From assembly GCA_963695095.1 (NCBI GenBank), contig CAVOFT010000001.1, positions 2,944,001 to 3,008,000 on the forward strand: DNA of 64,000 nucleotides. Reading direction: 5' to 3'. Shown here piece by piece: positions 26,645 through 38,247 of this stretch. This DNA comes from an uncultured bacterium (GTDB lineage: Bacteria; Krumholzibacteriota; Krumholzibacteriia; JACNKJ01). Made by a program: the position numbers and the translations under genes. The notes below the pieces were generated by a model that ran no database searches, was not told the origin of the DNA, and saw nothing but the letters and a program-made list of their open reading frames with translations. Position 1 is the first letter of the stretch. Every line of letters starts with the position of its first letter.

Positions 26645-27712
26645 ATGACTCGTTCCATCCTGGCCCTGGCCTGCTTGTTCGCCATTTTCGTGGCCGGTGC
26701 CGCCTCGGCGGCCATCCTCAACGTCCCCGGCGACTACGCGACGATCCAGGCGGCCATCGATGCCGCGGCTGTGGGCGACGAGATCGTCATCGCCGCCGGC
26801 AGCTATGCGAGCGAGGCCTTCATCGACCACGGCGGCTTCACGATCCGCGGCACGGGCGAAGTGATCCTGGGTCCGAGCAGCGGCGGCATCGCCTTCATCT
26901 GCTCGCTGGACGCCGACTACCTGCCCGTCATCTTCGAGCACCTCACCTTCGAGGGCTTCGCCATCGGCATCTCCTATGACATGGATTTCGCAGCGGAGAT
27001 CCGCGACTGCGTCTTCCGCCTGAACGAGAACGGGATCCACGGCTGCGGCGACGGGCCTCTGATCCTGCGCGACTGCCTGTTCGAGGACAACCATGCCACC
27101 TGGGCCGGCGGCGCGATCAGCAGCTGCGGCGCCGTGCTGGACGTGGCCGACTGCGTCTTCCGGAACAACACGGCAGGCGTCATGGGCGGCGCCATCTTCT
27201 CGGACACGCCCTTCGGCCCGCGCAGCTTCTCGAACTGCCTCTTCGTCGGCAACGACGCGCCCAAGGGCGCCGCCGTGCAGGTGGAGTTCGGCGGGCCCGT
27301 GGACTTCAGTCGCTGCACCTTCCACGCAAACGGCCGCAGCGGCGCCGCCGTGCTCAACGTCGAGATGGCCTCCAGCACCCTGAACCTGAGCCGCTGCATC
27401 GTGACGGGCAGCCCGGGCAGCGCCTTCTCCTGCACCGATGGCGGCGTGCTGAACATCAGCTGCACGGATGCCTGGAACAACGCGGAGGGCGACTGGACCG
27501 ACTGCGCCGCCGGCCAGCTCGGCGTGGACGGCAACTTCAGCGCCGATCCGCTCTACTGCGATCTCGCCAACGGCGACTTCGCCTTCGACGCCGACTCGCC
27601 CTGCGCGCCGGGCGGGAATGCCTGCGGCGTCACGATCGGCGCCTACGGCGTGGGCTGCGGCCTCACGGCCGCCGAGGAGAACAGCTTCAGCGCGGTGAAG
27701 AGCCTCTACTAG
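26645..27712 (+). CDS. Secreted beta-helix protein with C-terminal SFSAVKSLY tag
   Basis: GGAGG RBS, signal, NVPGDYATIQAAI, GNFSADPLYC...SPCAP. Confidence 0.85.
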   Translation: MTRSILALACLFAIFVAGAASAAILNVPGDYATIQAAIDAAAVGDEIVIAAGSYASEAFIDHGGFTIRGTGEVILGPSSGGIAFICSLDADYLPVIFEHLTFEGFAIGISYDMDFAAEIRDCVFRLNENGIHGCGDGPLILRDCLFEDNHATWAGGAISSCGAVLDVADCVFRNNTAGVMGGAIFSDTPFGPRSFSNCLFVGNDAPKGAAVQVEFGGPVDFSRCTFHANGRSGAAVLNVEMASSTLNLSRCIVTGSPGSAFSCTDGGVLNISCTDAWNNAEGDWTDCAAGQLGVDGNFSADPLYCDLANGDFAFDADSPCAPGGNACGVTIGAYGVGCGLTAAEENSFSAVKSLY

Positions 27713-27769
27713 CGTCCGCGGGCGCGCGCAGCGGGCTCTCGCGGAAGGGACCGCCCAAGGGAGGAGAGC

Positions 27770-28840
27770 GTGCGCGTTCACTTGTTTGCGCTCTACGGCA
27801 TCCTGGCATTGGCCTCGGCCGCAGCTGCGGCGGAGATCCACGTGCCGGGGGATCAGCCCACGATCCAGGCGGCCATCGATGCTGCGGCCCCTGGCGATGA
27901 GATCGTCATCGCCGCGGGCACCTACAGCGTGCCCGCGCCACACATCCTTCCCCCCGGTGGCCTCCGCTTCCGCGGAACGGGCGAGGTCCAGCTGTCCGGC
28001 AGCACCGGCGCCTTCTTTGAAGTCATCGATCCGCAGAACCTGGATCTGTTCCGCTTCGAGAATCTGCGCTTCCTGGGCAACCCCGTCGGCATCCGCACGC
28101 CCGTCCCCGGCAATCCCTTTCCGGAGACCCGCCTCGAGGTGGAGGACTGCGCCTTCGTCGACAACGGCGTGGGGATCAGCGCGCGCAACGCCGGGCTGTT
28201 CAATCTGAGGAATTGCCGCTTCGAGGGCGGCAGCACCGGCGTCTATCTGCTCTTCGCCTGGATGTTCGCCGAGGATTGCGTCTTCATCGGCCCCGAAACC
28301 GGCATCCGCGCCGACGACGGCCTGGCGGACCGGGTGGTCGAGCGCTGCCTCTTCGTGGACTGCCACGGTTTCTACGGTGCCGTGGCGATCGATGTGCCCG
28401 CCCAGTTCGCGCTCATCCAGTGCACTTTCGACCGCTGCGGCGCGGCGAACGGCGCGGCGATCTCTTCGATCGCGGCGGCGACCATCGTCCTCGACCGCTG
28501 CATCGTGGTCAATGGCCCCGGCCTGGCCTTCGGCTGCATTGGCGGCTTCCCCAATCTTTTCATCATCACCTGCTCCGACCTGTGGAACAACGCCGGCGGC
28601 AACTGGCACGCTTGCGCCTACGGTGGACCCGAGGAGAACGGCAACTTCTCGGCGGATCCGCTGTTCTGCGCCACCGCTCGCGACGACTACTCCATTGACG
28701 CCGACTCGCCCTGCGCCGCGGCCGGCAACACCTGCGAGGTCATCGTCGGCGCCTTCGACGTAGCTTGTGGCACCACCGGCGTCGGGGAGCTGCCACCAGG
28801 GGACAACACCAGCTTCAGCGCAGTGAAGAGCTTCTACTAG
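27770..28840 (+). CDS. Secreted beta-helix protein with C-terminal SFSAVKSFY tag
   Basis: GGAGG RBS, HVPGDQPTIQAAI, GNFSADPLFC...SPC. Confidence 0.85.
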   Translation: MRVHLFALYGILALASAAAAAEIHVPGDQPTIQAAIDAAAPGDEIVIAAGTYSVPAPHILPPGGLRFRGTGEVQLSGSTGAFFEVIDPQNLDLFRFENLRFLGNPVGIRTPVPGNPFPETRLEVEDCAFVDNGVGISARNAGLFNLRNCRFEGGSTGVYLLFAWMFAEDCVFIGPETGIRADDGLADRVVERCLFVDCHGFYGAVAIDVPAQFALIQCTFDRCGAANGAAISSIAAATIVLDRCIVVNGPGLAFGCIGGFPNLFIITCSDLWNNAGGNWHACAYGGPEENGNFSADPLFCATARDDYSIDADSPCAAAGNTCEVIVGAFDVACGTTGVGELPPGDNTSFSAVKSFY

Positions 28841-28857
28841 CGCGAAGCCAGACCAGA

Positions 28858-28899
28858 CGCGGAATCCCCGGGGCTTGCCAGGCGCCGGGGATTTCGCGT
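28858..28899 (+). terminator. Stem-loop after the beta-helix gene array
   Basis: GCGGAATCCCCGG / CCGGGGATTTCGC inverted repeat. Confidence 0.6.
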
Positions 28900-29004
28900 T
28901 AATAGAGCAGTTTCGGCCGCGTCCCCGGGCCGCCGCGGAGAGTCGACCTCCTCCCGCGGGCGGCCCGCTGCGAGCGGCCTGCGATCCGCTGGCAAGGAGG
29001 CGCC

Positions 29005-30642
<1,638 letters not shown>

Positions 30643-30683
30643 GCCCGCGCCGCGCGTCCGCTTCGACCGCGATCCGCCCCCGG

Positions 30684-30705
30684 GGGCCGCTTGCCGCGGC
30701 CCCCG
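30684..30705 (+). repeat. 22-bp terminator-like direct repeat, left copy
   Basis: GGGCCGCTTGCCGCGGCCCCCG followed by TTTT; identical copy at 31800-31821. Confidence 0.85.
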
Positions 30706-30834
30706 TTTTCATTGCGGACTTCGGGCGTGGAGGCAGTGCGGTCGGTCCCTGCCGAGAGCTTGGTCCGTGCACTTACCCTGACCTCAGAGGCGGGAAGCGG
30801 CGCGCCGACGCTGGTTCCGCGCCAGCGGCCCGAC

Positions 30835-31700
30835 TCGCGACGGCGGCTATTCCAGCATTCATGCCTACGCCGAGGCCGTGCTGGGCTTCGGGCAGGCGAA
30901 GACCTATCAGTTCATCCGCCTCGCCGAGGCGCTGGACGGCCTACCCAAGCTGCGAGCGTGCGTCGAGGCCGGCGAGATGCCCTGGACCAAGGCCCGCAGC
31001 GTGGCGGCGGTCGCCACGCCCGTCCGGCCAGGGCAACCTGCTGGCACCTGCCGCCGAGCGGGCGACCGCCGCCGAGCCGCTGCCTGCCCCTGCCCCGCAG
31101 CCCGCCCCCGCGCCGAAGGTGCAGGTCAGCTTCGCGCTCGAGCCGGAGCAGCACGCCCGCTGGCTGGCCATCCTCGAGCGCCTGCGCAAGCAAGGCTACG
31201 CCGAGGCCAAGGGCGAGCTGCTGCTGGCTGCGTTCGCTGCCCTGGCCGAGGCGGAGTGTAGGCGTGTACAAAACGAGGCCGAGTGTACACGTGTACAAAA
31301 CGAGCCCCCGTATCAGGTCGTGATCTACCGCTGTGAGGCCTGCGGCGAGGCCCGCCTGCCGGGCGGGCGCTCCCTGGCGCCGTCGGTAGCCGCGCAGGCG
31401 GCCTGCGACTGCCGCACGCAGCGGGAAGACGCGCCCAACCGGGCATCGATCCCGCCGTCTCTTCGACGGCAAGTGCTTGCGCGCAACGGCCACCGTTGCC
31501 AGGCGCCGGGCTGCCGAGCAACGCGCTTCCTGGAGGTGCATCACCGGGAGCCACGCCGGCGGGGCGGGCGCAATAGCACGGCGAACCTGATCACCCTCTG
31601 CGCAGCCTGTCACCGCCTGCTGCACGAAAGCGGCGCTGGGCTTGCCGCCGCCCTACCCGCAGCGGCCCTGCCGGCCGCGGCCTTGCCGAAGCCCGGCTGA
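30835..31700 (+). pseudogene. HNH endonuclease of the DUF222-like helical + HNH type, N-terminally truncated and frameshifted
   Basis: GYSSIHAYAEAVLGF...LPKLR...GEMPWTKAR, frame change near 31020, then CEAC, RCQAPGC...LEVHH...GG.N...NLITLCAACH. Confidence 0.75.
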
Positions 31701-31799
31701 TCGACGCTGACCGGGATCCGCATCCCGACAAGGCCTCTGGCCTGAGCCAGCGGAGGCGCTGCTGCGCATTCCCTCCAAGAGATCACGGCAGCCCCTTGA

Positions 31800-31821
31800 G
31801 GGCCGCTTGCCGCGGCCCCCG
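31800..31821 (+). repeat. 22-bp direct repeat, right copy
   Basis: Identical to 30684-30705. Confidence 0.85.
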
Positions 31822-31859
31822 CTTCTTCTGTAGGCTTGGCAGTGGCGGAGGTGAAACCG

Positions 31860-32597
31860 ATGCGCGGATCTCTGTGGCTGTTCGCTGTGGCGCTGCTCTT
31901 CGCCGGCCTCGCCTGCGATGAAGACCCGGCCGGTCCGCCGGCGGGCCCGCCGCCGGGCATCGTCGGCACGGTGCTGGACGCCGACGGCCTGCCCGTGGCC
32001 GGCGCCCCGGTGGGCTTGATCTACGGCGTGCCGGTGGCTCCGGATTTCTGGCCGCCTGCGGAAGTCGGTGGCGGCTCGCCGCGGGCCGCGCGCGAGGTGG
32101 CCGATCTCCGCTTCGAGCTCAGCGAGGCCAGCACCGTGCGCTTCCTCGTGCAGGACTTCCTCTACCGGCCTCGCCGTGTGCTGATCGACGGCGCCATGCT
32201 GCCAGGCGGCGAACACAGCATTCTCTTCGACTGGGCCGACGAGACGGGCTCCCCTCTCCCGAACGGGCTCTACGGCACGCGCCTGGAGATCACGCGGGAG
32301 GGCTTCCATGACGTGCAGCAGCAGGGCGGCCTTCTGCGCAACTCGCTGAGCTGGGACTTCGGTGGCGAGATCGGCCCCCTGCTCACGACGGACGCCGACG
32401 GCAGCTTCCGCATTCCCTTCAGCGAGCTGCCGATCGGCGCGTGGGCCTACTGCTGGGATCGGGACATCTGCACGATTCCCGACACGCTCTGGGTGCAGTC
32501 GGGGGTGCCGGGCTTCCGCGCGCGCCGGCTCCTGCGCATCGATGGCTTCGACGCCGATCTTCCCGTCACCCTGCGCTGGACTCAGCGGCGCGATTGA
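31860..32597 (+). CDS. Putative lipoprotein with internal FlgD-like Ig segment
   Basis: Lipobox FAGLAC; GTVLDADGLPVAGA; W..E.G.PLPNGLY. Confidence 0.7.
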   Translation: MRGSLWLFAVALLFAGLACDEDPAGPPAGPPPGIVGTVLDADGLPVAGAPVGLIYGVPVAPDFWPPAEVGGGSPRAAREVADLRFELSEASTVRFLVQDFLYRPRRVLIDGAMLPGGEHSILFDWADETGSPLPNGLYGTRLEITREGFHDVQQQGGLLRNSLSWDFGGEIGPLLTTDADGSFRIPFSELPIGAWAYCWDRDICTIPDTLWVQSGVPGFRARRLLRIDGFDADLPVTLRWTQRRD

Positions 32598-33472
32598 TCC
32601 CCGCGCCGGCGGCGGCCGTCCGGCTTGCTCAAGGCCTCCGCATCGCTCCCAGCGCGCTCGCCGCCCCCCTTCGCGCCCGCCGCAGCCGCCCGCGCCCGCG
32701 CGGGTTCCGGCGCCGGCGCGGGCCGCGCCGGCGGCAACGTCGACCCGCCGCGGTCGATCCAGGCCAGGGTGCCGCTGATCTGCGCCTTGAAGCGCAGCAG
32801 CGCCCACTCGGGTTCGAGCCGGCGCAGCGCGAAGGGATCCCGGCCCGTGCTCATGGCGCCGGTCGCGGGGAAGAGCACCGAGGTGTAGCCGAAGGCGGCC
32901 AGCCGCGCCGGATCGATGAACCCCTCGCCCCCGGGCGGACAGGCAAAGTGACGCACTGGGTAGCCGAGCTGCTGCTCGATGTCCAGGCCCATGCGCCAGA
33001 TCTCGCGCTCGATCTCCGATTCGCCCGCCAGGCCCGCACAGTCGATGCTGCTGCGCCCGTGATTGCCCACCTGCAGCAGGGCCGGGTCCAGGGCGCGCAA
33101 TTCGCACCAGCTGGCCCGCGCGCTCGGACCTGTCTCCGCGGGCAGAGGTTCGGCCGGCACCTGCTCGGGCGCCACGTAGAGAATGCCCCGGGCGCCGAGC
33201 ACCTGCATCGCCGGGTAGGCCAGACGCACGGTGTTGCGCAGGCCACCGGTGAAGGCCAGCACGGCAAGCCGGCCCGACCGCGGGCGCGCGATCGCCTCGG
33301 CGAAGTCGTCCATGCCGAGGAAGCGGAAACCCGAGGTGTGCAGCACGGCGAGCTGCCACTTGAAGAGGGCAAGGGGAAAGCCCGTCGGATCGGCAGGCCC
33401 CTCGGCGAGGCGCGGATACTCGAGCACTAGCGGCCGCGGGGCGATTCGCCGCGTGAGGGCGTTCAGGCCCAT
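32582..33472 (-). CDS. Polysaccharide deacetylase-like protein (NodB fold, degenerate active site)
   Basis: FKWQLAVL, LAFTGG in place of TFDDG, SWCEL, VGNHG, HFACPPG. Confidence 0.6.
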   Translation of the reverse strand: MGLNALTRRIAPRPLVLEYPRLAEGPADPTGFPLALFKWQLAVLHTSGFRFLGMDDFAEAIARPRSGRLAVLAFTGGLRNTVRLAYPAMQVLGARGILYVAPEQVPAEPLPAETGPSARASWCELRALDPALLQVGNHGRSSIDCAGLAGESEIEREIWRMGLDIEQQLGYPVRHFACPPGGEGFIDPARLAAFGYTSVLFPATGAMSTGRDPFALRRLEPEWALLRFKAQISGTLAWIDRGGSTLPPARPAPAPEPARARAAAAGAKGGGERAGSDAEALSKPDGRRRRGDQSRR

Positions 33473-33667
33473 CCGGTCGAGCCAGATGAAGGGCGCGTAG
33501 TCGCCAAGCCAGCGCAAGGCCGACCTCGCTTGCGAAAGGGTTGAGCGGGCCCATCCGGCGGGAGCCAGACCGAATGCTAGGATAGCGCAATCCCTCCGGT
33601 TTGGCAAAGTTCGAGAAATGAACTTCTGCCGATTGCTTGCATGAAAAACGAGATATATTCAATTCGA

Positions 33668-33699
33668 AGCTTGATATTCTCAAGCTATGTGACGATAAT
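33668..33699 (+). promoter_or_regulatory. Sigma-70-like promoter with overlapping inverted-repeat operator
   Basis: TTGATA (33671)-N17-GATAAT (33694); AGCTTGA-N5-TCAAGCT (33668-33686) covers the -35 box. Confidence 0.6.
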
Positions 33700-33721
33700 G
33701 GCCATGAAAGGCGAGGTGGCG

Positions 33722-34087
33722 ATGGATATCTCCAAGGCGACATGCCCGGGCTGCGGCCAGCCGATGCGCATCCGCCAGGTCCACTGCGAACCCTGCGGGG
33801 TCAATCTGGACGGGGATTTCGAGGTGTCGGCCCTGGCCCGGCTCTCCCTGGAGGAGCAGCTCTTCCTCACCGCCTTCCTGCGCCAGCACGGCAACATCCG
33901 GCGCATGGAGCGGCTCTTCGCGATCAGCTACCCCACGGTGAAGAACCGGCTCAATGCCCTCGCCGCCAAGCTCGACCGCCAGTTCAAGGTGCCCACGCCC
34001 GAGCTGCAGGTGCTCGAAGCGCTCGAGCGCGGCGAGATCGACGTCGAGCAGGCCCTCGCGCGGCTCGAGCCCGGCGAGCGCGACTGA
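33722..34087 (+). CDS. DUF2089 family protein (Zn ribbon + HTH)
   Basis: CPGCG...CEPC, GNIRRMER...ISYPTVKNRL, C-terminal LERGEIDVEQA. Confidence 0.9.
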   Translation: MDISKATCPGCGQPMRIRQVHCEPCGVNLDGDFEVSALARLSLEEQLFLTAFLRQHGNIRRMERLFAISYPTVKNRLNALAAKLDRQFKVPTPELQVLEALERGEIDVEQALARLEPGERD

Positions 34088-34113
34088 CCCAAGGACCAGC
34101 CGAGGAGGCTGCC

Positions 34114-34599
34114 ATGTCCGAAGAACGCAAGAAGGTCCTGGAGCTGCTGGCCGGCGGCAAGATCACCGCCGAGGAAGCCGATCGCCTGCTGGAGCGCCTG
34201 CAGGGGCGCGGCCAGGGCGGTCCGGGCCACGGCCACGGCTGGGGCCGCCGGCATCGCCTGCGCGCCGCGCTGGGCGGGTCGGCGGCGGACCCGGAGACCG
34301 CCGCCGGCACGGATGGCGGCGAGGGCGAGTCCGCCCGACCGCTCCCCCGCTACCTGCGCGTCGTCGTCGACAGCGAGAGCGGCGAGAAGGTGAACATCCG
34401 CGTGCCGCTCAAGCTCGTGCGCACGGGCATCAAGCTGGGCGCCATGCTGCCCAAGGACGCCAAGGCGAAGATCGAGGCCAAGGGCATCGACCTGGAGAGC
34501 CTGGGCGGCAAGGACGCGGAGGAGCTGATCGCGGCGCTCGAAGAGCTGCAGGTCGACGTCGAGGACGGCAAGGACACCGTGCGCATCTTCTGCGAGTAG
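34114..34599 (+). CDS. SHOCT-like domain protein (DUF2089 partner)
   Basis: MSEERKKVLELLAGGKITAEEADRLL; KVNIRVPL; ends VRIFCE. Confidence 0.85.
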   Translation: MSEERKKVLELLAGGKITAEEADRLLERLQGRGQGGPGHGHGWGRRHRLRAALGGSAADPETAAGTDGGEGESARPLPRYLRVVVDSESGEKVNIRVPLKLVRTGIKLGAMLPKDAKAKIEAKGIDLESLGGKDAEELIAALEELQVDVEDGKDTVRIFCE

Positions 34600-34638
34600 C
34601 CGGCGCGGGGCGCCGGCGGCCCTCCCATCGCGGCGCCC

Positions 34639-36372
34639 CTACTGCGTGGCGAAGAGGCGCTGGTAGCCCTCGTGCTCGGCGAGCAGGCCGGCATGCGTGC
34701 CCTCGTGCAGGATGCTGCCCCCCTCGAGCCAGAGCACGCGATCGGCGCGCTGGGCCGTGGCCTCGCGGTGCGTCGAGACCAGGATGCCCGCATCGGGCAG
34801 CTGGCTGCGCAGGTGGCCCCAGAACTGCTGCTCGGTGCGAGCGTCCAGGGCACTGGTGACGTCGTCGAGCACCAGCACGGACGGCGCGCCGGCCATGGCG
34901 CGGGCGATCGCCACCCGCTGCTGTTGGCCGCCGGAGAGGCCCTTGCCCCCCTGGGCGACCTCCTTGTCCACGGGCACCTCGCGCGTCAGGCGCGCCGTGC
35001 GCAGCGAGCGCAGCACGGCGTCCCCGCTCACGGTTTCGCGGTCGAGGCTCACGTTCATGCCCACGCTGCCGGCGAAGAGCTGCGGCTCCTGCGGCGCGTA
35101 GCCGATGTGCCGGGCGCGCACCTCGTCCTTGATGGCGGCCAGGGGCTGCGAACCCAGGCGCACCTCGCCCGCGTCCGGCGTGAGCAGGCCGGTGGCGCAC
35201 TCGAGCAGGGTGGACTTGCCGCAGCCCACCGGGCCGACCAGGGCCACGGTCTCGCCCGGCCGCACGCTGAGCGTGACATTGCGCAGCACGGCGAGCGGCT
35301 CGCCCTCGGCCCGCGGGTAGGCAAAGGAGAGCTGCTCCATCCTGAGCACGGGGTGCCGTTCGGGCAGATCCTCGCTGCCGGGCACGCGCTCGGGCGCCGC
35401 CTCCAGCTCCTGCATGCGCTTGATCGAGGTGTGCGTCACGCTCGTGCTCACGAAGAACCAGCTGATCGTCCACAGCGGCATCGTCAGGCCCGACAGGTAG
35501 GCGACGAAGGCGTAGAAGTCGCCGAGGGTGAAGCGGGGATCCGTGAAGACGAACCAGCCGCCGAGAAAGAGCACGATCACCAGGCCCACCTGGTTCATGA
35601 TCGAGAAGAAGCCCTCGAGCACGGCCTGCAGGGTGACCACGCGCTTCTCGGTGCGCTCACGCTCTTTCAGCACGCCGTCGAAGAGGCGCTCCTGCGCGCC
35701 CTCCATGCCGAAGCCCAGCACGATGCGCGAACCGGAGAAGCCGGCCTCGAGGGTCTCCACCGTGCGGCTCATCGCCTGCTGGCGCTCGTTGTAGCGGCGG
35801 TGCTGGAGCGTCTCCGTCCTGGAGAGCAGCCAGACGATCAGCGGCAGGGGCAGCGTGGAAGCCAGGGTCAGCTTCCAGTGCAGGCCGAACATGACGGCCA
35901 GGCTGAAGGCCAGCGTGAGCCCCGCCTCGATGGGCCGGAACACGCCCGAGCAGGCGTACCAGCCCAGCTTGTCGCCCTGGTCGATGTCGTCGGTGAGCCG
36001 CGCCACCAGATCGCCCGGCTTGAAGCGCTGGAAGAAGTCGTGCCGCTTGGCCAGGATGCGCCGCAGCTCCTCCAGGCGGATGCGCATGGCCACGGCCAGG
36101 TTCATCCAGGCGCGGCTGGAGGGCAGGAAGGCCTGGGTCAGGCTGCGCAGGAAGCCCATCGCCAGCAGGACGAGCACCCAGTTGCGCGCGCTCCCCAGGT
36201 TGGGCCGGCCCTCGGCATCCATCACGACCAGGGCATCGATGATGAACTTGAAGATCAGCGGATAGAGCGTGCGCGTGGCGATGCCCAGCACCGTGAGCAG
36301 GAAGACCACGCTGAGGCCGCCCCGCTCGCGCCGCCAGAAGGGCGCGAACCAGCTAAGCACTCTTTTCAGCAC
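34639..36372 (-). CDS. ABC exporter, fused permease/ATPase
   Basis: TM domain, GPVGCGKS, LSGGQQQR, LDDVTSALD. Confidence 0.92.
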   Translation of the reverse strand: MLKRVLSWFAPFWRRERGGLSVVFLLTVLGIATRTLYPLIFKFIIDALVVMDAEGRPNLGSARNWVLVLLAMGFLRSLTQAFLPSSRAWMNLAVAMRIRLEELRRILAKRHDFFQRFKPGDLVARLTDDIDQGDKLGWYACSGVFRPIEAGLTLAFSLAVMFGLHWKLTLASTLPLPLIVWLLSRTETLQHRRYNERQQAMSRTVETLEAGFSGSRIVLGFGMEGAQERLFDGVLKERERTEKRVVTLQAVLEGFFSIMNQVGLVIVLFLGGWFVFTDPRFTLGDFYAFVAYLSGLTMPLWTISWFFVSTSVTHTSIKRMQELEAAPERVPGSEDLPERHPVLRMEQLSFAYPRAEGEPLAVLRNVTLSVRPGETVALVGPVGCGKSTLLECATGLLTPDAGEVRLGSQPLAAIKDEVRARHIGYAPQEPQLFAGSVGMNVSLDRETVSGDAVLRSLRTARLTREVPVDKEVAQGGKGLSGGQQQRVAIARAMAGAPSVLVLDDVTSALDARTEQQFWGHLRSQLPDAGILVSTHREATAQRADRVLWLEGGSILHEGTHAGLLAEHEGYQRLFATQ

Positions 36373-38149
36373 CGCGCGCCTCCTCCAGTTGCAGGGCCAC
36401 GAGGTCGGCGTAGCGGCCGCCCTGGGCCATCAGCTCCGCGTGGCTGCCGCTCTCAGTTATGCTCCCATCGACGAAGAGGATCCGATCCGCCCGCCGCACC
36501 GTGGACAGGCGGTGGGCGACCACCAGGGTGGTCCGCCCGCGGGTGAGGCGCTCGAGCGTCTCCTGGATGCGCCGCTCGGTGCCGGGGTCCACGCTGCTCG
36601 TCGCCTCGTCGAGGACGAGGATGGGCGGGTCCACGGCGAGCGCGCGCGCGAAGGCCATCAGCTGGCGCTGCCCATAGGAGAGGTCGCGGCCGCGGCTCTC
36701 GAGCAAGGAAGCGTAGCCCTGGGGCCGGCGGCGGATCACCTCGTCCAGGCCCGCCGTGCGCGCGGCCTCCTCGACCTGGCCCTCGCCGATCTCCGGGCGG
36801 AAGGCGCGCAGGTTGTCCGCCACGCTGGCCGGGAACAGGTAGAGGTCCTGCAGCACCAGCCCCAGGCGCCGACGCAACTCGCGCGGATCGAAGTCGCGCA
36901 GGTCGTTGCCGTCCATGGTGATCCGTCCCTCGCTGGGATCCATGAAGCGGCAGAGCAGGCTGACCAGGGTGCTCTTGCCCCCGCCCGTGGGGCCGACCAG
37001 GGCCACGGTTTCGCCCGCGGCGAGCGAGAAGCTCACGTCGTGCAGCACCGGCTTGCCGGGCTCGTAGGCGAAGCCCACGGATTCGAAGCGGATCAGCGCC
37101 GGCTCGTCGGGCACCGGCACCGGCTCGGCCGGCGCCGCCACCGCGGGCGCCGTGTCGAGCACCTGGAAGATGCGATCCGCCGCGCCGCCCGCGCGCTGGA
37201 TCTCGGCGAGCTGCTCCGACAGCGCGATGATCGGCCAGTAGATCTGGGCGATGAGCTGGGCGAAGGCGACCAGGGTGCCCACGGTGATCGTGCCCTCCCC
37301 CACCCAGCGGGCGCCGAGCCAGAGGGCGACCACCGTCATCGCGACTTCGAGGAAGCCGAGGGCGTGGAAGAGCCCGTACTCGAGGAAGTAGAGCTTCACC
37401 GAGAAGCGGTTGTAGCGGCGGTTCTCGGCCGCCACGCGCTCGCGCGCCCAGTCGCTGCGGCCCACGGCCTGCAGGAAGCGCGCGGCGGGCAGGGTCTCGG
37501 CGACGAGGCCCACCAGGCGCGCGTAGAGCGAGCGCTCCTTGCGGAAGCGCGGCCGCATCAGGCGGAAGATGGCGAAGGTGCCGGCCAGCATGAGCGGGAT
37601 CACCACGGCCGCCACGCCGAAGAGGCGCATGTCCAGCTTGGCCAGCACGACGAGGGCGCCGACCAGGGTGCCCAGGGCGTGCAGGATCTGCATCATCATC
37701 GTGCTGGTGAGGGCGACCAGGCGCTGGCTGTCGGACTCGATGCGGCTGACCAGCGTGCCCACGGGCAGCTTCTCGAGCCAGAGCACGCCGAGGCGGAAGA
37801 AGTGCCCGAAGAGCGAGCGCTTGATGGCGTTCACCGCCATCACGCCCGCCTTGCCGAGCAGGATGCCCGAGGCCAGCGCGGCCAGGCCCATGCCCACCAT
37901 CAGGCCCAGGTAGAGCAGGGCCGAGCGGAAGAGGCCGCCCAGGTCGCCGCCCGGCACGTCGACGTCGATGATGTGACGCAGCACCAGGGGCTGCCCCAGG
38001 TGCAGGGCGACGCCGACGAGCCCGAGCGCGAAGGCCGTCAGGAAGGCGGCCAGGTGCGGGCGGACGTAGGGGTGGATGCGGCGGAACATCTCCCAGGTCG
38101 GGAGCCGACCGGCTTCATCCAGGTCGCTGCTGTCGCGCTCCCACCACAT
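36353..38149 (-). CDS. ABC exporter, fused permease/ATPase (probable heterodimer partner)
   Basis: TM domain, GPTGGGKS, LSYGQRQ, LDEATSSVD, AHRLST. Confidence 0.92.
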   Translation of the reverse strand: MWWERDSSDLDEAGRLPTWEMFRRIHPYVRPHLAAFLTAFALGLVGVALHLGQPLVLRHIIDVDVPGGDLGGLFRSALLYLGLMVGMGLAALASGILLGKAGVMAVNAIKRSLFGHFFRLGVLWLEKLPVGTLVSRIESDSQRLVALTSTMMMQILHALGTLVGALVVLAKLDMRLFGVAAVVIPLMLAGTFAIFRLMRPRFRKERSLYARLVGLVAETLPAARFLQAVGRSDWARERVAAENRRYNRFSVKLYFLEYGLFHALGFLEVAMTVVALWLGARWVGEGTITVGTLVAFAQLIAQIYWPIIALSEQLAEIQRAGGAADRIFQVLDTAPAVAAPAEPVPVPDEPALIRFESVGFAYEPGKPVLHDVSFSLAAGETVALVGPTGGGKSTLVSLLCRFMDPSEGRITMDGNDLRDFDPRELRRRLGLVLQDLYLFPASVADNLRAFRPEIGEGQVEEAARTAGLDEVIRRRPQGYASLLESRGRDLSYGQRQLMAFARALAVDPPILVLDEATSSVDPGTERRIQETLERLTRGRTTLVVAHRLSTVRRADRILFVDGSITESGSHAELMAQGGRYADLVALQLEEARGAEKSA

Positions 38150-38185
38150 GGGGACTCCTTGCCGGAGGGCGGCGTCGCCGCCATG

Positions 38186-38221
38186 AAAAAAGCACCTCAC
38201 CCGCCGAGGCAGGTGAGGCGC
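38186..38221 (-). terminator. Rho-independent terminator
   Basis: CCTCACC/GGTGAGG stem with a T6 tract on the minus strand, after the 38248 gene. Confidence 0.7.
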
Positions 38222-38247
38222 CTAAGAGCGGATCGCTGCAGTCTAGA

